DNA of 64,000 nt from Centroscyllium fabricii (lineage: Eukaryota), in the NCBI GenBank assembly GCA_051313645.2, contig JBNRSN020000010.1, positions 96,472,001 through 96,536,000 on the forward strand. Reading direction: 5' to 3'. This document shows, one piece after another, positions 49,501-57,590 of this stretch. The translations under genes and the position numbers were made by a program. The notes beneath the pieces are model-generated. The model did no database searches and was not told where the DNA came from. It saw only the letters and a program-made list of their open reading frames with translations. Within the stretch, counting starts at the first letter, position 1; every line of letters begins with the position of its first letter.

Positions 49501-50162
49501 ATCTGTTGCCTGCCCTCCAGTTGTCTTAACTAGGTTGCAAGCACAGTATTAAAATTTTCAGCTTCAAAAATAATCACCCTTGCCCCTCTAAAAACAACAT
49601 TTGCCATTATTGAGAGCCAGTTGATTTCCACGGAAGTAGACAATCTGCAGGAGGAGAGATTACCTTCTGCTTTCCATTTTAATTTCTCTGGTAATTGTTA
49701 CTGTGTGTTGTTTGTGTGTGTGTGTGTGTGTGTATGATCAAAGAATATACTATCAATGAAGGTTTGATTTTTTAAAATATATTTATTTAGTAATTCTTGT
49801 CCTAATTTTGCCATCCATACAGACCTCCTTTTCCGTTTGGAAAAAGTCAGTTTTGCTGCAATATCACAAATTAACCCATATAGTCATTTGTGATGAGAGT
49901 GTTCATTGTTTTGTAGCATTCTCAGTGGTGAGTGTTGATCTTTAATTGTAAAGCATCCTTGCTGTCTTTTGTCAACAGGTGCTGCATGGCTGTGTGTATG
50001 GAGCTCAATACTTAAGTAATCCTAGATACTTTCCTCTGAACTTATCAGATCTAGCCTCTGTTGAATATGATCCGTTCTTACATTTGGAAAGCTTGAAAGA
50101 GCCAGAACCTTTGCACTCCCCTGACTCCGAGCGCTCATCGAAACTCCAAACTGTCACAGAGG
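7328..50162 (+). CDS. RALGAPA1: RALGAPA1 (Ral GAP catalytic subunit alpha 1), internal 13-exon portion; gene extends beyond both window ends
   Basis: 13 AG/GT-bounded exons with compatible phases translate to GFSFGSE...[20 protein letters not shown]...[22 protein letters not shown]...[12 protein letters not shown]...[21 protein letters not shown]. This matches RALGAPA1 as I recall it better than RALGAPA2 (e.g. [24 protein letters not shown]). Confidence 0.93.
8179..8331 (+). CDS. RALGAPA1: RALGAPA1 exon (153 bp)
   Basis: tttcag|gc...ttgg|gtatta; [51 protein letters not shown]. Confidence 0.92.
10223..10983. mobile_element. PIF/Harbinger-like MITE nested in the Penelope-like element
   Basis: TIRs ggttcagaaattcgggtc / gacccaaatttctgggcc, TSD aat. 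Confidence 0.7.
11101..11137 (+). ncRNA. Minimal hammerhead ribozyme motif (PLE-associated)
   Basis: agtt-CTGACGA-aaagtc atc gacct-GAAA-ca-tt-aact: stem I agtt/aact, conserved core, stem II hairpin; stem III palindrome carries one mutation. Confidence 0.65.
11449..11642 (+). CDS. RALGAPA1: RALGAPA1 exon (194 bp)
   Basis: gagcag|aa...aag|gtaagc; [65 protein letters not shown]. Confidence 0.93.
11656..12261. mobile_element. Short Penelope-like insertion with inverted termini, 13 nt downstream of an exon
   Basis: 11656-11815 is the reverse complement of about 12065-12215; 11-bp TSD aagcagttaac (11645-11655, 12262-12272). Confidence 0.85.
12119..12155 (+). ncRNA. Minimal hammerhead ribozyme motif (PLE-associated)
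   Basis: agtt-CTGACGA-aggatc att gacct-GAAA-cg-tt-aact; palindromic AACGTT stem III. Confidence 0.7.
13057..13200 (+). mobile_element. HE1-like SINE 3' fragment
   Basis: Matches 26040-26190. Confidence 0.8.
14510..15420 (-). mobile_element. Degenerate non-LTR retrotransposon (LINE) fragment
   Basis: Terminus homologous to 61253-61380; decayed RT-like sequence on the minus strand; family not determined. Confidence 0.5.
15440..16145 (+). mobile_element. Two adjacent CR1 3'-end fragments
   Basis: RKNVFxQRVV-like and TRRHSL...FSERVVNLW remnants with gggctgaatggcctcc...ttctatgattct tail. Confidence 0.6.
16423..16521 (+). CDS. RALGAPA1: RALGAPA1 exon (99 bp)
   Basis: ttaaag|gtg...aag|gtaagt; [33 protein letters not shown]. 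Confidence 0.93.
16645..17358 (+). mobile_element. Cluster of Deu-domain tRNA SINE copies (SacSINE1-like)
   Basis: tRNA head (tggctcaattgatagc...gagtcagaaggtt), Deu-like core (gtcctggccaatatttatccctc, aaattggctgctgcatttcc), L2-type tail gctatataaatgcaag. Confidence 0.65.
17666..18129. mobile_element. Tc1/mariner (Tigger/pogo-like) MITE, family A
   Basis: TIRs caggttgagcactgttaatcc / ggattaacggtgcacaacctg, TA TSD; second copy at 61586-62081. Confidence 0.85.
19953..20108 (+). CDS. RALGAPA1: RALGAPA1 exon (156 bp)
   Basis: atttag|gca...cag|gtcagt; [52 protein letters not shown]. Confidence 0.93.
20868..21407 (-). mobile_element. Tigger-like MITE, family B, with internal minisatellite
   Basis: TIRs caggtacacaatccctta / taaagggttgtgtacctg, TA TSD; inverted relative to 27426-27806. 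Confidence 0.85.
21038..21256. repeat. 21-bp minisatellite (ggccgatctccccctgcaaac), about 10 copies
   Basis: Direct tandem units with no spacers; explains the overlapping repetitive ORFs. Confidence 0.95.
21655..21783 (+). CDS. RALGAPA1: RALGAPA1 exon (129 bp)
   Basis: ttgtag|gat...aac|gtaggt; [43 protein letters not shown]. Confidence 0.93.
22728..22806. mobile_element. Truncated Tigger-like MITE end
   Basis: ta-caggaaactctttattgtccagcaccgacgggaccgg...ccggataacggagagg; other end missing, abuts a CR1. Confidence 0.45.
22841..24913 (+). mobile_element. CR1 LINE, 5'-truncated ORF2 RT pseudogene, split by a MITE
   Basis: [74 protein letters not shown]; frameshift near 23430; tail (ctatgt)n. 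Confidence 0.95.
23767..24359. mobile_element. Tigger-like MITE, family C, inserted in CR1
   Basis: Perfect 21-bp TIRs caggttgaagttcgttaatcc / ggattaacgaacttcaacctg; interrupts the CR1 LEY-CVQFW motif at a TA site. Confidence 0.88.
25795..26190 (+). mobile_element. Full-length HE1-like V-SINE
   Basis: Pol III A box tggcatagtgg and B box ggttcaaatcc, V-core, CR1-derived tail. Confidence 0.9.
26242..26367 (+). CDS. RALGAPA1: RALGAPA1 exon (126 bp)
   Basis: tttcag|gct...aag|gtaagg; [42 protein letters not shown]. Confidence 0.93.
26538..27125. mobile_element. Harbinger-like MITE fragment (related to 31719-32421 and 50938-56354)
   Basis: Starts gacccggattttgc; shared internal motifs (cagcaacttcc, gcgcag.taaac, aatccca.cttt); right end not found. 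Confidence 0.5.
27426..27806 (+). mobile_element. Tigger-like MITE, family B
   Basis: TIRs caggtacacaaccctta / taagggattgtgtacctg, TA TSD; 3 copies of the 21-bp unit. Confidence 0.85.
28025..28430 (+). mobile_element. Deu-domain tRNA SINE (SacSINE1-like)
   Basis: tggctcagttggtag head, Deu-like core, tail actatataaatgcaaatctctttctttt. Confidence 0.7.
28480..30000 (+). mobile_element. Degenerate L2-clade LINE ORF2
   Basis: [47 protein letters not shown] remnants with frameshifts. Confidence 0.75.
30011..30105 (+). mobile_element. Penelope-like 3' terminal fragment beginning at a degenerate hammerhead core
   Basis: CTGATGAagggtcatcgatctGAAGcgttaactctg...cagatgctgcctgacctgctgag, same family as 11101 and 12119. 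Confidence 0.75.
30400..31290 (-). mobile_element. Old CR1-like fragment with nested L2 tail
   Basis: Minus-strand remnants of [31 protein letters not shown]. Confidence 0.6.
31719..32421. mobile_element. Harbinger-like MITE inserted in an L2 3' end (31560-32795)
   Basis: TIRs ggtccagattttg / caaaatctgagcc; flanks encode LRKLQLIQN and end with an L2 tail gcactatataaatgca. Confidence 0.6.
33181..33422 (-). repeat. 3' LTR (242 bp)
   Basis: Direct repeat of 37364-37582; preceded on the minus strand by PPT ggggggag; ATTAAA on the minus strand. Confidence 0.95.
33465..36551 (-). CDS. Gypsy pol polyprotein (protease, RT, RNase H, integrase), 1028 aa open frame
   Basis: LCDTGA protease, YLDD RT, TDAS RNase H, H-H-C-C zinc finger, HIDLVGP / SDRGPQF / NGLCERFH integrase, YDGPY module. 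Confidence 0.95.
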   Translation of the reverse strand: MSVGHTGALLFATDSGTGLRFLCDTGAQHSIVPASPAETKRGTRGPPLAAANGSNIKTYGTRKLTITLASHAYTWDFVTAQVTSPLLGADFLCAYGLLVNVTRRRLVNINTMTTIPCSTGPALLAHAAAQCRSRDSDAYGTLLAEFPALTNPTFTARKAKHGVEHFITTTGPPVHAHARRLDPAKQEIARTEFRTMEQLGIIRRSSSPWSSPLHIAPKPDGGWRPCGDYRRLNNATTPDRYPVPHIQDFSARLAGCTIFSKIDLVRGYHQVPVHPADIPKTAVITPFGLFEFLRMPFGLKNAAQAFQRLLDSVLRDLKFIFVYLDDILVASTSPQEHLLHLRTLFQRLTEHGLILSPTKCKFGLETIDFLGHRISQTGAIPLPSKVQAVQEFPRPHSIKGLQEFLRMVNFYNRFIPGAAALMAPLYQATRGQSNKAAVEWTADAAFTATKTALANATLLAHPRPNARVALTTDASDHAVGAVFEQWTGNSWQPLAFFSRQLRPPEVKYSAFDRELLALQLAVRHFRFLLEGRHFTAFSDHKPLTFAMAKVAVPWSARQQRQLAAVSEFTTDIQHISGRDNVVADCLSRPTINAAQMAVDYAQLAADQLADPDLLNAATNLPGLHLANIAHGPAATVVCCDVSLPQPRPVVPHAWRQHIFRTLHDLSHPGARASIKLISARFVWRGLRKDVRAWASSCIACQRSKVHKHIRAPLENFKVPARRFDHVHIDLVGPLPPSRGHTHLMTMVDRNTRWPEAVPLTATGTTDLARVFIATWVARFGVPTDITSDRGPQFTSALWAAIARDLGVTLHRTTAYNPQANGLCERFHRSMKASLRATLKDASWTDRLPWVLLGLRSAVKEDLNASAAELVYGQTLTVPGEFLAEPNAPWSADQYLKDFANPARAFQPLPVARHGEPAARVPDNIKNAKFVFVRRDGHRSPLQPPYDGPYRVLRAGAKAFELQMGNRTDTVTIDRLKPAHVIAGETTVPAQPPQRGRPPTTKPAHTPPQNQRLQATRSGRIIRPPQRHT
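36552..37276 (-). pseudogene. Frameshifted gag of the CsRn1-clade element
   Basis: LPEFW and TAWFICIEA lie in different frames; a 4-bp accg duplication near 36605 breaks [18 protein letters not shown] and the gag-pol junction. Confidence 0.8.
37364..37582 (-). repeat. 5' LTR (219 bp)
   Basis: By eye identical to the 3' LTR except for a 23-bp indel; followed on the minus strand by the PBS (37351-37362). Confidence 0.95.
37749..38444. mobile_element. GC-rich PIF/Harbinger-like MITE
   Basis: 19-bp TIRs gggggaaaaatttggttgc / gcaacccaatttttccccc, TSD ata; many subterminal (t)agcgccc motifs. Confidence 0.8.
38448..39126 (-). mobile_element. Short CR1 derivative: putative 5' UTR joined directly to the 3' end
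   Basis: Minus strand: GC-rich repeated head, then [33 protein letters not shown] and tail; internal duplication of about 77 bp. Confidence 0.7.
40758..40816 (+). CDS. RALGAPA1: RALGAPA1 exon (59 bp)
   Basis: tcatag|gaa...ctag|gtaagt; [20 protein letters not shown]. Confidence 0.92.
41492..41600 (-). mobile_element. CR1/HER1 3' tail
   Basis: gatcagccatgatc...ggcctactcctgctcctatttcttatgttcttatgt on the minus strand. Confidence 0.85.
41855..42245 (-). pseudogene. EIF3I: Processed (intronless) EIF3I retrocopy: 5' UTR plus about 118 codons, A-to-G hypermutated
   Basis: gccgccATG at 42193; [102 protein letters not shown] aligns with EIF3I [24 protein letters not shown]...NGERLGTY.GHTGAVWCVD.DWDTK.VLTGSADNSCRLWDCETGKQ...GNIIMFSTDKQMGY. 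Confidence 0.93.
42280..42854. mobile_element. Harbinger-like MITE with left end missing (family of 62163-62802 and 10223-10983)
   Basis: Collinear with 62300-62802; right TIR gcatattcaggccc. Confidence 0.7.
42883..42991 (+). CDS. RALGAPA1: RALGAPA1 exon (109 bp)
   Basis: ttgcag|a...aag|gtaaga; [36 protein letters not shown]. Confidence 0.93.
43096..43206 (+). CDS. RALGAPA1: RALGAPA1 exon (111 bp), after a 104-bp intron
   Basis: ttgcag|ttc...gag|gtaaga; [37 protein letters not shown]. Confidence 0.92.
43335..43670 (-). mobile_element. L2 LINE 3' end
   Basis: Reverse complement of the tail seen at 32580-32795 (ttgcatttata..., ggagatattag). Confidence 0.65.
44627..45941 (+). mobile_element. 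Probable endogenous retrovirus / LTR element 3' end: short coding remnant, PPT and about 1-kb LTR
   Basis: PPT aaaaaagggggcggg (44913-44927) directly followed by TG; TATA-like gtatatc near 45772, AATAAA at 45875, ends ...ctaaCA at 45941; no second LTR or TSD seen. Confidence 0.5.
48466..48534 (+). CDS. RALGAPA1: RALGAPA1 exon (69 bp)
   Basis: atccag|ata...agg|gtgaga; [23 protein letters not shown]. Confidence 0.92.
48633..48767 (+). CDS. RALGAPA1: RALGAPA1 exon (135 bp), after a 98-bp intron
   Basis: tcacag|cta...aag|gtatac; [45 protein letters not shown]. Confidence 0.92.
49712..49733. repeat. (TG)n microsatellite
   Basis: About 10 TG units. Confidence 0.9.
49979..50162 (+). CDS. RALGAPA1: RALGAPA1 exon (184 bp), last exon found in the window
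   Basis: caacag|gtg...gagg|gtacgt; [61 protein letters not shown]. Confidence 0.93.
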
Positions 50163-50367
50163 GTACGTACCAAAGCTGAACTCTATGGGTATACGTCAAT
50201 TGATCTCCTTTGAGGGAGGGATAAGGCATCCAAACTGATTTTTTTCCCAACTTAAAAATAACTAAATTAAATTAAAGTGGTAAAATTAGGGGAATTGAAA
50301 ACAGTACTATTTAGTGCCCATTGGTAATGAAAGCCATCCAGTGAATAATGTAACACAGGTAGAGGCT

Positions 50368-50422
50368 GGGGGGGGGGGGGGCGGGGGTGGGGGTGGGGGG
50401 GGGGGGGCGGGGGGCGGGGGGA
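50368..50422 (+). repeat. G-rich tract (potential G-quadruplex)
   Basis: About 55 nt of G runs separated by single C or T. Confidence 0.8.
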
Positions 50423-51331
50423 AAGAGCATTTGGAATGATCACTGATCATACCCTGAAAGCATCTGGTCATTATGAATCAATATGGCAGGTCATGGGATT
50501 ACAAGTAAATGATGAGACCACTTCTGTACAGATCAATGGTGGAGCAACTAGTGAGTATGTCATTCGGCTTTGTCATCCCACTTCTCAATAACGACATAGA
50601 TTTGTTAGAAAAGGGTTAGAAGTCACCAAGATGACTCTAGGCAATGGAGGACTAAGTTACAAAAAAAAGGTTCAAGCAATTAACTCATTTTTGTTGAAGA
50701 CTGATGGGGATATGCTGTTTAAAATGACAAATGAGAGGCATGAGGTTAAAATAAGTAAACATGAAATTCAACAATACGCATAGGACTATAGGACACAAGT
50801 ACAAAATTCACAAGCTGAGAAAGAGCTTAGAAGCCCCTCCCCAAGAAACAAGAGTTGATTTGGGGTCATTTGACAGCTTTAAAATGTAGCTCGACTGATG
50901 GCTGTTGAGCTAGAGGATTGAGGCTTCTCGACATATTGGCCTGAAATTTGTGAAACTGTCAGCAGTTGCTGTCATTACTCTGTGAAACTAACAGCAACCT
51001 CTGGCATCCACACATGCGCAGGTAAACTCAGAAATCCACAGGGTGCGCTGTTGAAATACTCACAGATGGAAATCTTATAAATCACTTGAATCTTTGTGAA
51101 TTTTCACTTTTTACACTCTAATCTCGCTGTAAAACCCCCCCAAAAAGTTAAGCCTCGTTGAATGAGGTGTAACTGGGTTTTAATGATGTGGAGGTGCCGG
51201 TGTTGGACTGGGGTGGACAAATATAAGAAGTCACACAACACCAGGTTATAGTCCAACAGTTTTATTTGAAATCACAAGCTTTCGGAGCGTTGCTCCTTCA
51301 TCAGGTGTAAGAGAGATGCATTTAAACACAG

Positions 51332-53440
51332 CATAGAAAGATAGGAGCAGGAGGAGGCCATTCGGCCCTTCGAGCCTGCTCCGCCATTCAATGAGATCAT
51401 GGCTAATCATCCAAACCCAGTACCCTGTCCCTGCCTTGTCCCCATATCCCTCGATTCCTATCGAGCCTGCACCGACACATATCCCACCCTATCCCCACAT
51501 ATTCAATCCTCCTAACACTAGGGGTCAATTTATCATGGCCAATCAACCTAACCCACACATCTTTGGACTGTGGGAGGAAACCGGAGCACCCGGAGGAAAC
51601 CCACGCAGACACGGGGAGAATGTGCAAACTAAATGTGCACGGAGCCAGAGGAAATTGGGGAAGCACTAAATGAATATTTTGCGTCCGTGTTCACAAGGGA
51701 GAGGGAACTAAAAGTAGAGGGGGAGTTCAAGATACAAGGGGAAAAGATGGGGGAAGTAAATATTCAGAGGGAGGAGGTATTAGAAATTTTGGAGAAACTA
51801 AAGGTAGACAAATCTCCTGGGCCGGACGGGATTTATCCAAGGATTCTCTGGGAGGCGAGGAAAGAAATCGCAGAGCCACTGACCTCTATCTTTAGATCAT
51901 CGCTATCCTCGGGGATAGTCCCTAAGGACTGGAGAGAGGCGAATGTGGCTCCCATATTTAAAAAGGGGAGCAGGGACGCGCCAGGGAACTACAGACCAGT
52001 CAGTCTCACCTCAGTGGTCGGAAAGGTGATGGAAAGGGTCCTGAAGGACAGGATCTACGACCATCTAGACAGGGGCGAATTAATCAGAAGCAGTCAGCAC
52101 GGATTCGTTAAGGGCAAATCGTGCCTGACCAACCTGATAGAATTCTTTGAAGAGGTGACCAGGAGTGTGGACGAGGGAAAGGCGGTTGATGTCATATATA
52201 TGGACTTCAGCAAGGCGTTCGACAAGGTCCCGCACGGTCGACTTATGAGGAAAGTAAGGAGATGCGGGGTAAGCAACAAAGTGGTGGGATGGATTGAGAA
52301 CTGGCTGGCTCAAAGGAAGCAGAGGGTAGTGGTAGAAGGCCAATACTCGGGCTGGAGACCGGTCACCAGTGGGGTACCACAGGGGTCGGTGTTGAGGCCA
52401 CTACTGTTTGTAATCTTCATCAATGACTTGGAGGAGGGGACTGAGGGGTGGGTCAGCAAGTTTGCGGACGACACAAAGATAGGGGGAGAAGTGGATGAGG
52501 AGGAAGGAGGTAGAAAGATTCAGAGGGACATAGACAGGATGCAGAGCTGGGCTGAAGAATGGCAGATGGAGTTCAACACGGGGAAATGCGAGGTGATGCA
52601 CTTCGGCAGGGCAAATAGGAAGAGGGAATATAGGGTCAATGGCAGAATCCTGAGTGAAGCAGAGGAGCAAAGGGATCTGGGAGTATATGTACACAGATCA
52701 CTGAAGGCTGCCACCCAGGTGGACAAAGCAGTGAAAAAGGCCTATGGGGTATTGGCCTTCATCAACAGGGGAATAGAGTTTAAGAACCGGGAGGTCATGC
52801 TGCAGCTGTACAGGTCACTGGTGAGGCCACACGTGGAGTACTGTGTGCAGTTCTGGGCACCGTACTACAGGAGAGATGTGGAGGCGCTGGAGAAGGTGCA
52901 GAGGAGATTCACCAGGATGCTGCCGGGAATGGGAGGAAGGACATACGAGGAGAGGTTGAGGGAGCTGGGACTCTTCTCCCTGGAACGGAGAAGGAAGAGG
53001 GGGGACTTGATAGAGATGTTTAAAATGATGAAGGGGATCGATAGAGTAAACGTGCAAAGACTGTTTCCCCGGGCGGGAAGAACGTCAACAAGAGGACACG
53101 AGCACAAGATTCAAGGAGGAAGATTCAGAAGGGATGGCAGGGGCAGGTTCTTTACACAGAGAGTGGTCGGGGAATGGAATAGGCTACCATCTCAAATAGT
53201 GGATGCGGACAGTCTGGGTGCTTTTAAAAGGATGATAGACAGGTACATGGAGGGGAAGGAACAGTAGGGGGGAAAGGAAAAATCAGAGATGGACTAAGGG
53301 CGGCACTACATTGAGGGCCCAAGGGCCTGTACAGTGCTGTATGTTCTATGTTCTATGTTCCACACAGATAGTACCCGAGGCTGGATTTGAACCCGGGTCT
53401 CTAGTGCTGTAAGGCAACAGTGCTAGCCACCGTGCCGCCC
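51332..53440 (-). mobile_element. HE1-like SINE split by a CR1 (pieces 51332-51630 and 53360-53440)
   Basis: The SINE sequence gtgcaaact|ccacacagat is interrupted exactly by the CR1. Confidence 0.88.
51631..53359 (+). mobile_element. Young 5'-truncated CR1 LINE with uninterrupted 544-aa RT ORF (51633-53267)
   Basis: [57 protein letters not shown]; tail (ttctatg)n. Confidence 0.95.
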
Positions 53441-55171
53441 CATATATGTGAATGGTGTTTAAACAGGTCAGTTAAGCAGGCACCACCCTAGGAACAATGA
53501 GGTGCAGTCGCAAAGGGTCAAATGTTGCAGTCTGGGTCTGTGTGAAAACCCACACAGAACAATTTTTTTTTAAAGATTTTTTTTGCTGGAAATCGCAGCC
53601 GGTACAGCCGCATCTGCGTGGTGAGGACAAGCCAAAGACGACTCGAGTCTGGATGACTCTACGTCAGGTGGGGTCACATGTAGCGCGACATGAAGCCAAT
53701 ATCTCGGTTGAGGCCGTGATCATGAGTGCGGAACTTGGCTATAAGTTTCTGCTCGACGATTTAGCATTGTCGTGTGTCTCAAAGGCCGCCTTGTCTCAAA
53801 GGCCGCCTTGTCTCAAAGGCCGCCTTGGAGAATGCTTACCCGAAGATCGGAGGCTGAATGTCCTTGACTGCTGAAGTGTTCCCCGACTGGGAAGGAACAC
53901 TCCTGCCTGGCGATTGTTGTGTGGTGTCCGTTCATCCGTTGTCGTAGTGTCTGCATGGTCTCGCAGATGTACCATGCTCCGTGGCATCCTTTCCTGCAAC
54001 GTATGAGTTAGACAACGTTGGTCGAGTCACATGAGTATGTACCTGGTGTCCTCACGTGTGATGATGGTATCTGTGCTGATGATCTGGCATGTCTTGCAGA
54101 GGTTGCCGTGGCAGGGTTGTGTGGTGTCATTGTCGCTGTTCTCATGAAAGCTGGGTAATTTGCTGCGAACGATGGTCTATTTGAGGTTAGGCGGCTGTTT
54201 GAAGGCGAATAGTGGAGGCGTGGGGATGGCCTTAGTGAGGTGTTCGTCATCATCGATGACATGTTGAAGGCTGCGAAGAACATAGCGTAGTTTCTCCACA
54301 CCGGGGAAGTACTGGACGGCAAAGGGTACTCTGTTGGTTGTCTCCCGTGTTCGTCTTCTGAGGAGGTCTATGCGATTTTTCGTTGTGGCCTGTCGGAACT
54401 GTCGATCGATGAGTCGAGTGTCATATCTCGTTCTTACAAGGGCATCTTTCAGTGTCTGTAGGTGTCCATCGCGTTCCTCCTCGTCTGAGCAGATCCTGTG
54501 TATTCGCAGGGCTTGTCCATAGGGGATGGCTTCTTTAACGTGGTTAGGGTGGAAGCTGGAGTAGTGGAGCATCGTGAGGTTGTCCGTGGGCTTGCGGTAG
54601 AGGGAAGTGCTGAGGTGTCCGTCTTTGATGGAGATTCGTGTGTCCAAGAATGAAACCGATTCACAGGAGTAGTCCATGGTGAGTTTGATGGTGGGATGGA
54701 ACTTGTTTATGTTATCGTGTAGTCTTTTCAGTGATTCTTCGCTGTGGGTCCACAGGAGGAAAATGTCGTCTATGTATCTGGTGTATAGCGTTGGTTGGAG
54801 GTACTGTGCAGCGAAGAAGTCTTGCTCGAACTTGTGCATGAAGATGTTGGCGTATTGTGGTGTGAATTTGGTCCCCATGGCTGTTCCGTGTGTTTGGGTA
54901 AAAAACTGGTTGTCGAAGGTGAAGACATTGTGGTCAAGGATGAAGCGGATGAGTTGTAGGATGGCGTCTGGAGATTGGCTGTTGTTGGTGTTAAGTACTG
55001 AGGCTGTCGCAGCGATGCCGTCATCGTGGGGGATACTGGTGTAGAGTGCCGAGACGTCCATCGTGGCGAGGAGTGTTCCTGGTTCAACCAGTCCGTGGAT
55101 GCTGAGTTTCTGTAAGAAGTCTGTAGTGTCGCGACAGAAGCTGGGGGGTTTCTGTACGATGGGTTTCAGGA

Positions 55172-55570
55172 TAGAACATAGAACATAGAAGATAGGAGCA
55201 GGAGTAGGCCATTCGGTCCTTCGAGCCTGCTCCGCCTTTCAATGAGATCATGGCTGATCATCCAAACCCAGTACCCTGTCCCTGCCTCGTCCCCATATCC
55301 CTCGATCCATATCGAGCCTGCACTGACACACATCCCACCCTATCCCCGTAACCCCACACATTCAATCCCCCTAACACTAAGGGCCAATTCATCCTGGCCA
55401 ATCAACCTATCCCACACATCTTTGGACTGTGGGAGGAAACCGGAGCACCCGGAGGAAACCCACGCAGACACGGGGAGAATGTGCAAACTCCACACAGATA
55501 GGACCCGAGGCTGGATTTGAACCCGGGTCTCTAGTGCTGTAAGACAACAGTGCTAACCACTATGCCACCG
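55172..55570 (-). mobile_element. Full-length HE1-like V-SINE inserted in the PLE ORF
   Basis: Reverse complement of 25795-26190; the PLE frame resumes at 55571. Confidence 0.9.
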
Positions 55571-55790
55571 ATGCCCTCGATGTATCCACACAGACCCAGA
55601 CTGCAACATTTGACCCTTTGTGACTGCACCTCATTGTTCCTAGGGTGGTGCCTGCTTAACTGACCTGTTTAAACACCATTCACACCTTTGATTGCCATGA
55701 ATATCTCTCTGCCGAGGTGTGATGTAGAGCAGTTGGAAAGATTACATTGTTCTCCGTCTATACATGCTGTGTTTTAATGCATCTCTCTTA

Positions 55791-55825
55791 CACCTGATGA
55801 AGGAGCAACGCTCCGAAAGCTTGTG
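55791..55825 (+). ncRNA. Minimal hammerhead ribozyme motif (second PLE family); antisense twin at 51273-51307
   Basis: cac-CTGATGA-a-ggagc aac gctcc-GAAA-gc-tt-gtg: stem I cac/gtg, perfect 5-bp stem II, AAGCTT palindrome. Confidence 0.75.
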
Positions 55826-57538
55826 ATTTCAAATAAAACTGTTGGACTATAACCTGGTGTTGTGTGACTTCTTACATGGGTTTTTAATGGTGTACTAAGT
55901 CATAATTACTGCTGAACAATCTCTGGGCCTGAAAAATGAATTTTATATTTGTGGAATGTCCAATTTCTTCATAGTGATAAAAAATTCCCATAGCTTTTTA
56001 AAATATAATATTTTTTGTTGAAATTTAGGATCTTTCAGCTTCTACATTACTCTTGTGTATGTCCCAATCTTTATTTCACTCTCTATAAAATGATTAAAAA
56101 ATGAAGGATAATTACTACTTTTTACTTCCGGGTTTGCTGTCTGAGAGAATTCTTCAATGTGATTGGCTGTGTAGCCTGCTTGATGCCATTACTGTTGCTG
56201 GGTGCTGTAGATCCCCTATAGGTGGCGCCAGAATAGCATTAACATTGGGAGAGGTGAAATCCACGCCACAGAGAGCACTAGATCTTTGTGGATGGCTTTC
56301 TTTGAGGTCAGCGGCACGCACCCGCACTTCACTGCTGACCACAAAATCCAGGGCATCAATAACACTTTTTCCCCCCCTATGGGGATGTTGAGAAAGGGAA
56401 TTAATGTCCTTTAAAGTAAGGGGATCAAGCGTTGGTAGTGGGCAAAGTCTGTGATGGAGTAATCATACATGGACTCTGGATGGAATAGCCTTGGTGGCTA
56501 AATGACCTTTTCTTGCTGCTTGCCCTGAGTTTGTTTTTTTATTCTTTTTTCTCTTATTTAATTTTTCTCTCAAGTTTTATTTCTCGGTTAGGAAAATCTA
56601 TCCATTCATAGAACCATAGAATAATACAGCACAGAAGGAGGCCATACAGCCCATCATGCCTGCGGCGTCGTCTTCGAAGAGCAGTCCAGTTAATCCCACT
56701 CCCCAGCTCGAGGGGCTAAATAGCCTACTCCTGTTCCTATGTTCATCACCTTTTTTATCTCACCGTTGAGCTTAGTTAAGTGATGCAACAGCTAGCTGTC
56801 AGTAGAGGGCATCTTGCACTTTCATTTGTTTGAAGTCCAAGTAATTTGTAGTTAGTTCCTTTGCAGAAAATGTATTTCCAGTTCCTTTGCAGAAAATTTA
56901 TTCCCAGAGATCTGCATTCTTGTTTAGGTGCATTATTATTTTAGTGCAAATTTCATACTGATTTTTTTTTTAAAGTACTGTAAGATAGTATCTTTGTACT
57001 TTTAATACTTGTTTCAATTTGTTTTCTATCTTCATGCGGTGCTTGTGGTAAATAAAGCATAGAAAATTCCTGCTGTGAAGGAGTTATTTATGCCCCAACA
57101 TTCTGCAATTCAAATTTTATAAATTTTCACACACTTGAGTTTGGTACAGAATACATAATGCTTATGGCACCGAGCCCTGAGTCTGCCAATTGCTTCAACA
57201 ATTTGTAAATGCATTTTCATATTTTCAGTAAGCTGATTGTACTTTACCGTCCCTTCAAAAACAATAACAATTATTTTGGGAATCTGGTCAAAAATGTGCC
57301 TACAAATTAGTGTTGCTAAGTAATCTCAAAAAATGAAAATTTGTGTATTGGCACCTGCCAAGTATATCACATTTACATTGTTGCATCGTCTCAATTCATG
57401 TTTAAAATGTTCAATTTAACTTTGAATTTTCTTGGCTTATATTTTTACAGTATTAGAATTGTGATTGGCGCATCCATAGTGGTGTAATTTTGAATGTAAC
57501 TCACATTTTTGTGTTTTTTTACATATATATTATGTAAA

Positions 57539-57590
57539 AGGATCTTTTCTCTCCAGATACACACATATATATCTGGAGAGAAAAGATCCT
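57539..57590. repeat. Perfect 21-bp inverted repeat with 10-nt loop
   Basis: aggatcttttctctccagata-cacacatata-tatctggagagaaaagatcct. Confidence 0.9.

Larger units (their letters stand above)
51183..55877 (-). mobile_element. Penelope-like element (second family), 5' truncated, inverted termini
   Basis: ORF 54177-55061 (MDVSALYTSIPH, GTAMG, RYIDD, YRKPTD), GIY-YIG remnants at 53700-54050; 55587-55877 is an inverted copy of the 3' end; flanking duplication tgggtttt(t)aatg. Confidence 0.9.
50938..56354. mobile_element. Harbinger-like MITE split by a nested PLE/SINE/CR1 stack
   Basis: Ends ggcctgaaatttgtg / cacaaaatccagggc; halves 50938-51182 and 55878-56354. Confidence 0.6.

Noticed and set aside
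7328-50162. RALGAPA2 as the gene identity
   Set aside because: Diagnostic segments ([40 protein letters not shown]) follow RALGAPA1 as I recall it; a tree or synteny check would settle it.
51633-53267. Autonomous active LINE, or an A-to-G edited element (very purine-rich)
   Set aside because: It is 5' truncated with no endonuclease or ORF1; conserved K, N, Y and E residues are intact, so there is no editing signature.
53783-53828. Short triple repeat (tctcaaaggccgccttg-like)
   Set aside because: Local slippage duplication inside a dead PLE; no sign of function.
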